Numbered from the stretch's first letter, positions 8,102-16,424 are shown. The stretch: 32,000 nt of DNA from Pyrolobus fumarii 1A (GCF_000223395.1 NC_015931.1:480001-512000), one strand, 5' to 3'. Notes: generated by a model not told the origin, from the sequence alone. Numbers and translations: made by a program.

Positions 8102-8197
8102 AACATAATTCATTCTTGGTTGTTCGCCGGTATCACCTCGCGCACGGCATCCTGCGTCACCAGCCTCGCTAGGGAACAACCAAGAATGAGTTGAAAG
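8102..8197. repeat. Orphan inverted pair of CRISPR-repeat-like sequences flanking a 47-48-nt segment
   Basis: 8102-8125, aacatAATTCATTCTTGGTTGTTC, has array orientation and a degenerate 5' end. 8173-8197, GGAACAACCAAGAATGAGTTGAAAG, is the reverse complement of the array repeat with 2 mismatches. Positions 8107-8125 can pair with 8174-8192 over 19 bp including one G-U. Confidence 0.85.
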
Positions 8198-8469
8198 TGC
8201 GTGCGACTCAGGGAAGTGGCACACAGCCCAACGTTCGACAAGTGGCTATTGGAGATTGGGCGTGTGACTGAAAGGTGAGTAAGCGGCTCTACGTGCTGGT
8301 GCTTAGCGACCCCCTCTCCTCAGAGATATACTCTCGGACGCGAGGAAAGGCGAGGTTGTGGTGAGGGACGTGGTTGTCTTCGCGGAGATGTCTCCCCAGA
8401 AGGCGGGGGCTACAGCCAGAGGGGTGCGATCATCTACAGGGTTGAGCGTTTTCGCGGCTAGCCTCGCGC

Positions 8470-8706
8470 TTACACTGCTCCTCGGCTAGACGCCTCTCTC
8501 CTCTTCCCCGCTTTCTCGAGCATCTCTAGGTATCTTTTCGCGAGCCTCGCTAGAAGCATCCGCTCTCTCTGCTCGAGCCCCGCTGCGGCCGCGAAGGGCG
8601 AGAAGAGCTCTCTCCTAACCTCGGCTATCCTGGCCTCAACCCCGTCCCTATCCAGCTGTTGGCGCGGCTGCATGCGCTTGAGGAGCTGGTCGCCGGTCAC
8701 GGGCAT
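8470..8706 (-). CDS. Small helical hypothetical protein (ORF open to 8733; the ATG at 8706 follows a GGAGAGGAG SD-like element)
   Basis: ORF plus an SD-like element. Last gene of the tandem run of small minus-strand ORFs. Confidence 0.4.
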   Translation of the reverse strand: MPVTGDQLLKRMQPRQQLDRDGVEARIAEVRRELFSPFAAAAGLEQRERMLLARLAKRYLEMLEKAGKRREASSRGAV

Positions 8707-8821
8707 ACTCCTCTCCCCTTGCGCCTTATGCACTTGAGGCGAAGCGTGTAGAGCCTCGGATTATCCGCCCTGCGGGCTCTCCATGCCCTAGATCCTACCG
8801 ATCACCTTTTATTATGTCTGC

Positions 8822-9019
8822 TTAGGTCTCTCTAGCTACTCTCTTCAACCTCTTCTCTGCCTCTTCCAGGGTTAGCCTATAGGCTATAACGTCGAGTATC
8901 ACTTGGCGGGCTTTGTGGGGTGGCACGCCAAGCCTCTTAGCCAGCCTCTCGAGCCTTGCTATCTCCTCGCCTCGCGCGTCGCGATACATGCGTACGAGCT
9001 TGTCAGCACATATAGGCAA
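8822..9019 (-). CDS. Small helical protein, possibly HTH-containing
   Basis: 65 aa. LAKRLGVPPHKARQVILDVI resembles a helix-turn-helix. The C-terminal LTLEEAEKRLKRV resembles the motif of the neighbouring paralogues. Confidence 0.45.
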   Translation of the reverse strand: MPICADKLVRMYRDARGEEIARLERLAKRLGVPPHKARQVILDVIAYRLTLEEAEKRLKRVARET

Positions 9020-9049
9020 GGGAGTTCCCCGGCGCCTAGCGATGAGCGT

Positions 9050-9286
9050 TTAACACTCTGCTAGTCTCTCGAGCTTCTTTCGGGCCGTCTCGTAGCCTAT
9101 ACGCCCCTCGAAGAAATCATCGAGTATCCTTTCGGCCTCATCTCCTCTTCCCGCCGCCCTGGCTCTCCTTGCGAGTGTTAGCAGCGCGCCTATCCTTTCT
9201 CTTACCGCCCTTACCTCTCTCACGGCTCTCTCCACGGCCGGATCCGGGTGGATCCCGCGGGCCATAGGATCGGCCCAGGGTCTCAC
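9050..9286 (-). CDS. Small helical protein, paralogue family with a C-terminal F-x-E-G-R/K-I...A...L motif
   Basis: RARAAGRGDEAERILDDFFEGRIGYETARKKLERLAE aligns with 9316-9588 and 11508-11666. Confidence 0.5.
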   Translation of the reverse strand: MRPWADPMARGIHPDPAVERAVREVRAVRERIGALLTLARRARAAGRGDEAERILDDFFEGRIGYETARKKLERLAEC

Positions 9287-9315
9287 AAACGGGACGCCTA
9301 GTAAATGGGGCTCAT

Positions 9316-9588
9316 CTACTTCTCCCCCGCTTTCTCGATGAGCGTCCTGAGCCTCTTGATCGCCTCTTCCCGCGTGATCTTCCCCTCGACGAACCAGTCT
9401 GCGAAGACCTCGAACGCCTCGTCGAACACCCCGAGCTTATACGCCCTAGCAGCGAGACGGAGCGGCTCGTCGAGCGGCCGCCGTATCTCGTCGATCGTGA
9501 GGCGCTCCACGGGCATCTTTCTAGCCACGGCCTGGCGCATCCCGAGTGAAACCCTAACCACTCTTATAGCATGCCCGTCCATACGCAA
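9316..9588 (-). CDS. Small helical protein, same paralogue family
   Basis: AARAYKLGVFDEAFEVFADWFVEGKITREEAIKRLRTLIEKA. Confidence 0.5.
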   Translation of the reverse strand: MRMDGHAIRVVRVSLGMRQAVARKMPVERLTIDEIRRPLDEPLRLAARAYKLGVFDEAFEVFADWFVEGKITREEAIKRLRTLIEKAGEK

Positions 9589-9605
9589 TATTCGGGGTTC
9601 GGCTC

Positions 9606-9776
9606 GTGCAGCGTGCGGAGAAGATACCGTGGAGAAGGATTGTCGACTGGGTTTTCAGGGAGTATAGGTGGGAGCTTGACATCCTACGCGAGTATGACAG
9701 GAGCGGCAGGCTTCCGAGCAGAGAGGAAGTTGAGAGGCTGAAGAGCAGAGCTAGGCGTGTTGCAGCCACTCGATAA
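9606..9776 (+). CDS. Candidate 56-aa ORF, below the track threshold, convergent with doc
   Basis: Hand translation from GTG 9606: VQRAEKIPWRRIVDWVFREYRWELDILREYDRSGRLPSREEVERLKSRARRVAATR, stop at 9774-9776. The composition is protein-like, but it overlaps the doc 3' end by 26 nt. Confidence 0.25.
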   Translation: MQRAEKIPWRRIVDWVFREYRWELDILREYDRSGRLPSREEVERLKSRARRVAATR

Positions 9777-10158
9777 GATCCTCGATGCTCCACTCGCCAC
9801 GCGCGACCCGGATAGCCGCCTCGTATGCAGACGCGGGTTGCCTGACCCGATTCGCTTTGAGGAAGGCCCTTAGGAGTACAACCGCAAACCTCTTGTTACC
9901 GTCTGTCAGCGGGTGGCGCGTTATAGCCTCGTAGAATAGCGTTGCAGCGGCTATAATCTTCTTCACCCTGCACGAGCTTCTCGTGTACCGTGCTGCGTAC
10001 CTGGCGCTCTCGAGGATAGACTCTAGCGCATCAACCGAGACAACGGCTATATGGTCCCGTGGGTAGTGCCTACAAAGCTCCTCGACGATGTATAGTAGCA
10101 GGCTGACTGAAGGATAGCGTATCACGCACCGTTTTCTCCGAACCTTCTTCCTCGCCAA
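9751..10158 (-). CDS. doc: Doc/Fic-family toxin (death-on-curing type)
   Basis: HPLTDGNKRFA matches the Doc variant of the Fic motif, HxFx(D/N)(A/G)NKR. 135 aa, a typical Doc size. Confidence 0.8.
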   Translation of the reverse strand: MARKKVRRKRCVIRYPSVSLLLYIVEELCRHYPRDHIAVVSVDALESILESARYAARYTRSSCRVKKIIAAATLFYEAITRHPLTDGNKRFAVVLLRAFLKANRVRQPASAYEAAIRVARGEWSIEDLIEWLQHA

Positions 10159-10161
10159 CCC

Positions 10162-10365
10162 TCACCGCCTCTTCGAGGCTGCAAGGAGCCCCAGGATGAG
10201 GGCGGCGAGCGTCAGGAGACCCGCGGCGGCGACAGCCAGCTTGAGCCGGAGGTCTAGCTGGGCGCTCCTGGGCATCTGGTTCCAGTCGATGTACATCTGT
10301 AGGAGAGTCGCGGCGGCGACGAGCGCAGAGCTGAGCGCAGCGAGTATGCCCGTCGAGCGTCTCAT
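10162..10365 (-). CDS. Small 2-TM membrane protein
   Basis: 67 aa with two hydrophobic helices (ILAALSSALVAAATLL; LAVAAAGLLTLAALILGLLAA). Its stop is 4 nt from the doc start. Confidence 0.45.
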   Translation of the reverse strand: MRRSTGILAALSSALVAAATLLQMYIDWNQMPRSAQLDLRLKLAVAAAGLLTLAALILGLLAASKRR

Positions 10366-10541
10366 CTCTTACCCCTCGTTGCTAGCTTTGCAGCGATGAA
10401 CGCTACGAGGAAGAGGGTGAGGAGCAGCGCCCCAAGCATCACGGCGAGGCAGCGTGCCTGCTACTACCAGCTTGGGTGCTAGCACGAGCAGCGCCACCAG
10501 CGGCGCGAGGATGAGCAGCAACCAGAGCACGGCTCTACACC

Positions 10542-11090
10542 CTACTTCCTTACTAGCATCAGGGGTATGACTAGGAGTGAAAGTATGCCAGCGCCGAGGG
10601 CGAGTGGCACCAGCCATGGTATTTGCTCGACAGCCGAGGCTGTGGTCACAAGCAGCTTGTAGACCGCCGGCTGGTTGACGAGTACAACGGTTGCAATGAT
10701 ACACGCGAGTATCAACGCTATTATGATCGCGATTGTGACTGCACCAAGTTGTGCTTCCTGCACATGCACGCCATAGAGGCTCCATAGCTCATCATATGTT
10801 AACCTCTTCCCTATGATAGTAGCGTCGTGACTGTACTCGCAGTAGAGGGGGTTGCACGTCTTACAGTTCACGGCGTTCGGCACGAAGATAGAGGGGTGTG
10901 CGGACAAGCCGGGGGCGGATGTCAATAAGTGCTTCGAGGTAGAGACGTGGTACAGCTGCTCTACAACCACAACCACTACAACAACCGCCACGACTACCAC
11001 AACTAGTAGCATAACAGCAACGACAAAGTCGAGCACCAGTGACACAACAATCCCGCCGCCAGCGGCGACACTACCCTGGGGGAACAACAA
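10542..11090 (-). CDS. Polytopic membrane protein with a poly-Val TM helix and a Cys-containing loop
   Basis: VVAVMLLVVVVVAVVVVVVVV, then the loop NCKTCNPLYC, then 2-3 further TM helices. Confidence 0.5.
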   Translation of the reverse strand: MLFPQGSVAAGGGIVVSLVLDFVVAVMLLVVVVVAVVVVVVVVEQLYHVSTSKHLLTSAPGLSAHPSIFVPNAVNCKTCNPLYCEYSHDATIIGKRLTYDELWSLYGVHVQEAQLGAVTIAIIIALILACIIATVVLVNQPAVYKLLVTTASAVEQIPWLVPLALGAGILSLLVIPLMLVRK

Positions 11091-11173
11091 GACAACAACC
11101 TACGCCGCTGTTGCGCAGCAGCGCTACTGCTCCTACCGGCGCTGCTCTTCTTCCTCGCACGCAGGTAGTTTTC

Positions 11174-11518
11174 TCACGCCCCGATCTCCTCGAGGCTCCT
11201 CTTCACTTCCCTCGGCAGGTGCTTCTGGATCACCGGGGCGTATAGGATCACGAGGAACGAGACCAGGAAGGCTAGGAGTAGGAGCTCACAGGCCGTCACC
11301 TCTAGGGGTTTGACGGCGCCAGTAGCCCTGTTGACCAGGTAGAGGGTCGCCACGGTCCTATCCAGCCCGCCCAGCCTGTAAGCCAGGGCGAAAGACTTCC
11401 CCACGAGGAGAGACGCGAGCATACTCTTCCTGAAGCTCCCGGTCTTCAGGTAGACAACACTCCACACGAGGAACATACCGAAGGCGAACACCACCCAGGC
11501 CAGGCTGCTAGCGTCCAC
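11174..11518 (-). CDS. Membrane protein (3-4 TM helices)
   Basis: Hydrophobic segments throughout the 114-aa ORF. Its start overlaps the upstream small ORF by 11 nt. Confidence 0.45.
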   Translation of the reverse strand: MDASSLAWVVFAFGMFLVWSVVYLKTGSFRKSMLASLLVGKSFALAYRLGGLDRTVATLYLVNRATGAVKPLEVTACELLLLAFLVSFLVILYAPVIQKHLPREVKRSLEEIGA

Positions 11519-11666
11519 CGTCTACACCCGCCAGCCTCTGGAGTCTCCTCAGGGCCTCACTCCTCTCGATCCTACCCTCTATGAAGTCCTCGAGCACCTT
11601 CTCGGCTTTCCGCCGGTCTCTAGCCCTGAGAGCCAGGCGCACCATCTCCCACGCGCGTCTCCTCAT
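11508..11666 (-). CDS. Small helical protein, third member of the F-x-E-G-R/K-I paralogue family (ORF open to 11750; ATG 11666 preferred)
   Basis: MRRRAWEMVRLALRARDRRKAEKVLEDFIEGRIERSEALRRLQRLAG. The ATG at 11666 lies just after the PIN stop at 11672. Confidence 0.5.
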   Translation of the reverse strand: MRRRAWEMVRLALRARDRRKAEKVLEDFIEGRIERSEALRRLQRLAGVDGGR

Positions 11667-11671
11667 CTCGA

Positions 11672-12112
11672 CTACCCTCGGGTTAGGCACCTCTCCCCAC
11701 CACTCCCATGGTTGATACAGCAGAGACCCAACTCTATAGCCTTGTTGCAAGCCCCCTTGTCAGAGGTTACCATGTACTCTGCGCCTATCATCTTAGCCGC
11801 AAGTATATGCGCATAGTCGAAGATGGTGTTGATGCTCGCATGGGGGCCTGCAAGGTCTCTAGCTTCGCTTAGCAAAGCCAACACCGGGACCCTGTAGATG
11901 CGGATGTCATAGCGCCTAGCGATACTCCTAGCGACAAACCCCTTTTCATACTGTCTATACTCGAAGACGAGCACCGTACTCGTGCAGATAACCCCTCTAT
12001 TACGCCTGGCGAAGCTAACCGCCTCACTCCTCTCCTCGCTAAGATCCACGAAGAAATTCGTGTTCACGTAGTACTTGCAGCGTCCCCTGCGCCTAGATCT
12101 CCTCTTCGCCAA
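11672..12112 (-). CDS. PIN-domain protein (VapC-like toxin)
   Basis: YVNTNFFVDL (first acidic residue) and ...AEYMVTSDKG (distal Asp) at the spacing typical of PIN domains. 146 aa. Its start overlaps the upstream gene by 20 nt. Confidence 0.65.
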   Translation of the reverse strand: MAKRRSRRRGRCKYYVNTNFFVDLSEERSEAVSFARRNRGVICTSTVLVFEYRQYEKGFVARSIARRYDIRIYRVPVLALLSEARDLAGPHASINTIFDYAHILAAKMIGAEYMVTSDKGACNKAIELGLCCINHGSGGERCLTRG

Positions 12113-12458
12113 TCCCCTCTACCTCTTCGAGGCTCTTCTCGAGCTCATCCACAGAGACCGGGATGCCCCGCTCCGCTGCACGTCTAGCAGCCGCTAGCAG
12201 GGCGGCCACCCTCGCGGACGGCGGCGGCGGGCCCCTAGGCTGCCTCAACCATTCCGTCAAGAGGTGTTCCCAGAGCTCGGCAGCCCACTCTGGGGCATCC
12301 AGCACGTCAAACTCGGTGTCGGGGGCTAGAGCAGCGGTGGTGTCTAGGATCTCGGCGGCGCTCAGACTCGTTGCAACAGTCTTCAGGTTCTCGCGGAACT
12401 CCTTCTTGCTGCGCCTGAAGATGCGTAGAACCTGGCGGGGCTCAGCACCTAGATCCAC
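12093..12458 (-). CDS. Hypothetical acidic protein upstream of the PIN gene (candidate antitoxin)
   Basis: Call is by position only (overlaps the PIN start). No DNA-binding motif recognised. Confidence 0.4.
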   Translation of the reverse strand: MDLGAEPRQVLRIFRRSKKEFRENLKTVATSLSAAEILDTTAALAPDTEFDVLDAPEWAAELWEHLLTEWLRQPRGPPPPSARVAALLAAARRAAERGIPVSVDELEKSLEEVEGIGEEEI

Positions 12459-12538
12459 TATAAACTATTAGCGACTATTAGTGTCTGTGCCGTGCAGCAT
12501 AGGGCCCCCGATCATAGCGACAATCACATCTTATACTA

Positions 12539-12783
12539 TCTCCAATTCATTCTTGGTTGTTTCGTGGCGCTCATCGTCTCGTAGGCCTTGACTATGGTCG
12601 GCCTCGACTTCTTTCAATTCATTCTTGGTTGTTTCATATGGGGTGAGGTGTTGATATGGGGCGAAGTTGAGAATTATGCCAGAATAATCTTTCAATTCAT
12701 TCTTGGTTGTTTCTCTGCTCTCCCTCTTCTCCACCATATTCTCGATGTGCTCCTCTAGCTTTCAATTCATTCTTGGTTGTTTC
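12539..12783 (-). CRISPR. CRISPR array 1: 4 repeats and 3 spacers (47, 53, 45 nt). crRNA sense is on the minus strand.
   Basis: Repeats at 12539-12563 (degenerate: TCTCC instead of CTTTC), 12611-12635, 12689-12713 and 12759-12783. Plus-strand consensus is CTTTCAATTCATTCTTGGTTGTTTC. The minus strand reads GAAACAACCAAGAATGAATTGAAAG, ending in the ATTGAAAG tag. Confidence 0.95.
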
Positions 12784-12802
12784 GTCCTACAGTATCAGTA
12801 GG

Positions 12803-13216
12803 GTGTTTGCTGCCGCGAGGGGCATAGCCAAGGGGCTTCTCGCTGTACGGGAGGAGCGCGTCTACCGCGGGCGTAGGGTCGTGGTAACCGGCTACGACCT
12901 CGTAGAGTTGTTGACCCTCATTGCAACGGTTGCCGACCCCGAGGCTCGGAAGAGAGTAGCCGAGGCCATAGCCGACGGGAACGCCGAGGCCGCCAGGCGC
13001 GTAGAGGAGAGGATGGTTGAGTACGTGGCGTCCGTCGTGGAGTCGCCGGACCCCCTGGCCGCGCACGTGGCTCAACGCGTAAACGAGGAGTGGTACGCCA
13101 GGTTCGCGGAGTTCATCCAGGAGCCGGACTACATGCGTTTCTTGCGCCGGCGTTTTTCCCACTCGCGGCGCAGCTTCTCCTCGGCTATCCGCCTAGCCCG
13201 CTCCAGCTCACTTTGA
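12803..13216 (+). CDS. Hypothetical helical protein (start GTG 12803 or later). The track ORF start at 12707 lies inside the array and is an artefact.
   Basis: The middle part is protein-like (DPEARKRVAEAIADGNAEAARRVEERMVEYV...EEWYARFAEFIQEPDY). The 3' end overlaps the convergent membrane-protein gene by 88 nt. Confidence 0.35.
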   Translation: MFAAARGIAKGLLAVREERVYRGRRVVVTGYDLVELLTLIATVADPEARKRVAEAIADGNAEAARRVEERMVEYVASVVESPDPLAAHVAQRVNEEWYARFAEFIQEPDYMRFLRRRFSHSRRSFSSAIRLARSSSL

Positions 13217-13893
13217 GTCAACCCTAATGAGCGTGCAAGCTCCACCGCGAGCTCTAGCCCGAGGCGCTTGCCAATCGGCACTAGGACTTCATCCGCAATC
13301 AGAGCAGCATAGTCGCCGTCGTACTGGGCGAGCTTCCACCAGAGCCACTCGATGCTATCCGTCACCCAGAGAAGCGGCGCGAGCACCGCAGACACCACTG
13401 TAACGAGGAACCAGTCTAGCGGTAGGCGGCCCCCCACGAGCGCCAGTAGCAAGGGGGCCGCGGCTGCCACGGCGGCCTCCGCTGCAGAGGCCCCGGCCCA
13501 CCCCTCGTCGCTAGGCCTGCCCAGGAGCGCTATCGGTATACCGAGGTAGAGCAGCCCGCCCACCGGCGCGGTTAGCAATGCAGCCGCGGCATGATGTGCC
13601 CCCAGCGCCCCGGCCACCAGGCCGAGCGGCACGGCAGCCAAGCCAGCCCAGAAGGCGTCGCCCAGCACATTCGCCCTAGTGACGAACATGGATAGTGGAG
13701 CCAACCCCAGGGTGTCGTCGGCGAACCACCATAACAGTAGCAGGTAGAGCGCGACCAGCACCGTACCCGCGGGTAGCTCGAACCCGCCCAGCACCAGGTG
13801 GACGGGCCAGAGCGCCAGCGTCTCGGCCAGCCAACCCAACAGTTGTAAAGCCTGGGCTTCTACCATCGTAAACCCCGGGTTACACCCGACCAT
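13129..13893 (-). CDS. Polytopic membrane protein with a charged C-terminal helix
   Basis: Multiple hydrophobic helices, then ...ELERARRIAEEKLRREWEKRRRKKRM. No family recognised. Confidence 0.5.
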   Translation of the reverse strand: MVGCNPGFTMVEAQALQLLGWLAETLALWPVHLVLGGFELPAGTVLVALYLLLLWWFADDTLGLAPLSMFVTRANVLGDAFWAGLAAVPLGLVAGALGAHHAAAALLTAPVGGLLYLGIPIALLGRPSDEGWAGASAAEAAVAAAAPLLLALVGGRLPLDWFLVTVVSAVLAPLLWVTDSIEWLWWKLAQYDGDYAALIADEVLVPIGKRLGLELAVELARSLGLTQSELERARRIAEEKLRREWEKRRRKKRM

Positions 13894-13930
13894 CCACGAC
13901 CACTTATACCCCGGGTTAGTCGCGAGTACA

Positions 13931-14623
13931 TCAAGATGGTGTGCGGGCTAGTACCCAACCGTCAGATGCTCTTCGCCCCGGTCCGCCAACGGGGGTGTGC
14001 ATGTGTGCGCCGACTGAGCTGTTACCTAACATGCTGCGGAAGAGCTTGTAGGCCTCATTACTCAGCTCCTCGAACACTTGAGCCGCGACGCCTTGGCGTG
14101 CGGCTATACCGGCAAGGACGAGGATGACAGCCGCTTTGACATATTCGCCCTTGCCAATCTCGCACCGGAGGTACCTATCGATGATGGTTAACGCGCTGGC
14201 AACCGACGCGAAGAATGCTGCAGCCTCCTCGGTGAACCTACCCTCCCCCAGCTCCTTGGCGAAGAGGCGGCACCAGATGCAATCCCACAACTCTTCTACC
14301 TCGGCTTTCACGGCCGCCGGTGTGGAGCCATCCAGGAACCTGGGAGCGTCTCGAGCGAGCTCGGCTAGCCTCTCCTCCAAGAGCGCCAGGGCTTCGTGGA
14401 CACGCCCCGCCCTAACTAAGGGCGAGACCTCCTCCTCAACCCTGCTCAACCACTCCTCAATCACACTGCGGGGTAGGATGCGCGACTCCCGCCTAAGCGA
14501 GTAGACAGCCACCGCGGCGAGTACAACATCCTCATCCACACAAGCGGGCACGGGAACCACCATCACAAAACTGCATGAACGATTGTTATCCCTTCTTGGC
14601 TCCTCGGGGTGCCGAGGCGTCAA
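13931..14623 (-). CDS. Hypothetical helical protein (start possibly the ATG at 14563)
   Basis: ORF with balanced composition. No motif recognised. Confidence 0.4.
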   Translation of the reverse strand: MTPRHPEEPRRDNNRSCSFVMVVPVPACVDEDVVLAAVAVYSLRRESRILPRSVIEEWLSRVEEEVSPLVRAGRVHEALALLEERLAELARDAPRFLDGSTPAAVKAEVEELWDCIWCRLFAKELGEGRFTEEAAAFFASVASALTIIDRYLRCEIGKGEYVKAAVILVLAGIAARQGVAAQVFEELSNEAYKLFRSMLGNSSVGAHMHTPVGGPGRRASDGWVLARTPS

Positions 14624-14657
14624 TGTGCATACGGTGCTGTTCCCGACCGACCCGGGG

Positions 14658-14664
14658 TATAAGA
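14658..14664 (+). promoter_or_regulatory. TATA-like box for the 14700 gene
   Basis: GGGGTATAAGAGG, with TATAAGA 36-42 nt upstream of the GTG start. GGTG SD-like element at 14692-14695. Confidence 0.35.
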
Positions 14665-14699
14665 GGTAGGAGGCTACGGGCGGTCGTTCACGGTGGGTC

Positions 14700-16424
14700 G
14701 TGGTGGGTAGGCTGGTGCTCTACGCTGCCGCGGCGGCTGTGGGTGTGTACATCGGCCTCCTCGTAGTCGCGCTCATCGCGTCCGTGCACGAGCAGCCCCA
14801 GAGGCCGGAGGTGCACGTCTACATCTACAACCGTGAGGCCTGGGAGGCGGCCCGGCGGCAACACGAGGTCACCCCGGTGGAGCTGGCGGAGGCCGTCCGT
14901 AACGGTACTCTGCTTGTCTCTCCGCCCGCCGGCCCCGGGCTGGCGTCCAGAGGCGAGCCCAGGGTACCCTACCCGCTCTGGGCCAGGATGAAGCCCGTGG
15001 ACGTGAGCGACCCGCGGGTACGCGGGTACCTGGAGTGGGTGCTGGGGCTCATCCGGGAGGGGGCCAGGAACCCCAAGAGCTACGGGTTCGACGACGCTGT
15101 GGTGCTCCCGAGGAGGGCTAGCCTGGAGCCACCCGCACCCATAGCGAACGCGACGGCCAGGATAGGCACCGTGCTCCTGCCCTACGGGTTCGCCGTCACC
15201 ACCGTCATCTACCCGTGCGGCCCCACGGGCAGCCCCGGCCTATGCGCGGTAGTCCACATGTACGCGTGGAACAAGACGGGCCTGGCGAGGATGGTGGTGA
15301 GGGCGATGGGGGTGGAGCAGTTGTTGGCGCCCCCACCCCGGCGCATGGGGAAGCTCGAATGGTTTGAGAAGCGGATACTCTGGGTCGTGGAGTGGCCGGT
15401 CGACCCGAGACACTCCGCCGTCCTCGCTTACAACGGGTCTAGGGTGGCGAGGGTCACGAGGGTCTACGTGGTGCTAGAGGAGCCGCTCATAGAGATGCTG
15501 GGGATACCCAGCCCAACCGGGTTCCTCTCCAGGGCGGCGAAGTGGTTCTGGGCGCTCTCCGGGGTAGCCGGGGGGATAGCCACCTGGCTCAGCGGCGCCG
15601 GCTACCATGAGGTGGCGGACACGCTTGTCCGCCGCGGCCTCCTGGCGTACAAACTGCACTACACGTATAGGGTGGCGTGGACCACCGGGGAGCCCTACCG
15701 GCTCATCCAGCGGCAGGGCGGCGTCTGCGAGGACTACGCCCTGGCGACACTCATGCTAATATCTGGGCTGGGGAACGAGCCCGCGGTGCTAGAAGTGGGT
15801 ATAGTCAATAAAGAGGGGCATTTCGCCGCGGGCCTACTAACGACGCTGGTGGACTGCGGGCTGTCCACAGACAAGTTCGTGGACCTCCCGGCCCCACTGC
15901 CGGTGTGCACCAGGGGCTACGTGAACTACGTGGACACCGCGAGCATGCCCACATCCCACTACAAGAGGCCGGTGTTCGTCCCGCCCTTCCTCATCCCCGA
16001 CGCCCTGGACTACTGGTTCCTCTGGAGGGGGTTCGTGGACAAGCTCCCATGGTGGCTGGTGAGCCCCTACGCGGCCAACACGACCCTGGGCCGTGAGGGT
16101 ACACGCTTCGTGATGGAGGTGGCGGCGAACTACTCCTGCACCCCCAGCATAGCCTGGCGTAGTGTCTACCCGCTGGCTGTGGGGGACGTGCTGGAGCAGG
16201 ACGCGGGGCTGGCAAGGAGCTTCGCCAGGTACGTGAACGCCACGCCCACCGGCGAGAGGCTCACCCCGCCCCCGCCAACCGTCTACAGGGCCGGCGACCC
16301 GACCCCACCCGACGTGAGACTCGACTACTCCCTGCCGGGCGACTTCCGAGTACCGGACCACGGCATCTTCTTGACAGAATGGGAGGCGCACCAGTGCCCA
16401 CCCGAGTTTAGCCGCGACACCTAG
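14700..16424 (+). CDS. N-terminally membrane-anchored large protein with a possible transglutaminase-like Cys-protease core
   Basis: N-terminal TM (LVLYAAAAAVGVYIGLLVVALIA). GGVCEDYALATLMLISGLGNEP...EGHFAAGLL...STDKFVD resembles the Cys-His-Asp spacing of transglutaminase-like folds. Confidence 0.5.
   Translation: MVGRLVLYAAAAAVGVYIGLLVVALIASVHEQPQRPEVHVYIYNREAWEAARRQHEVTPVELAEAVRNGTLLVSPPAGPGLASRGEPRVPYPLWARMKPVDVSDPRVRGYLEWVLGLIREGARNPKSYGFDDAVVLPRRASLEPPAPIANATARIGTVLLPYGFAVTTVIYPCGPTGSPGLCAVVHMYAWNKTGLARMVVRAMGVEQLLAPPPRRMGKLEWFEKRILWVVEWPVDPRHSAVLAYNGSRVARVTRVYVVLEEPLIEMLGIPSPTGFLSRAAKWFWALSGVAGGIATWLSGAGYHEVADTLVRRGLLAYKLHYTYRVAWTTGEPYRLIQRQGGVCEDYALATLMLISGLGNEPAVLEVGIVNKEGHFAAGLLTTLVDCGLSTDKFVDLPAPLPVCTRGYVNYVDTASMPTSHYKRPVFVPPFLIPDALDYWFLWRGFVDKLPWWLVSPYAANTTLGREGTRFVMEVAANYSCTPSIAWRSVYPLAVGDVLEQDAGLARSFARYVNATPTGERLTPPPPTVYRAGDPTPPDVRLDYSLPGDFRVPDHGIFLTEWEAHQCPPEFSRDT

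Noticed and set aside
8198-8469. A creT-like toxin, or a second psi-repeat (CTGAAAG at 8269-8275), downstream of the orphan repeat
   Set aside because: Only a 6-7-nt resemblance to the repeat tag. The tiny ORFs (29 and 43 codons) have no convincing start context. The idea is kept only as a test suggestion under the orphan-repeat finding.
9305-9793. ORFs 9305-9667 (+) and 9554-9793 (-)
   Set aside because: The first is antisense to the small paralogue gene 9316-9588, which has a conserved family motif. The second is Ser/Leu-rich and spans the gap. Neither has supporting features.
10852-11313. Plus-strand ORF encoding a poly-Thr tract (TTTTTTTTATTTTT), and ORF 11039-11245
   Set aside because: They are antisense to the poly-Val TM helix of the 10542-11090 membrane protein. 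The composition is low-complexity and there is no start context.
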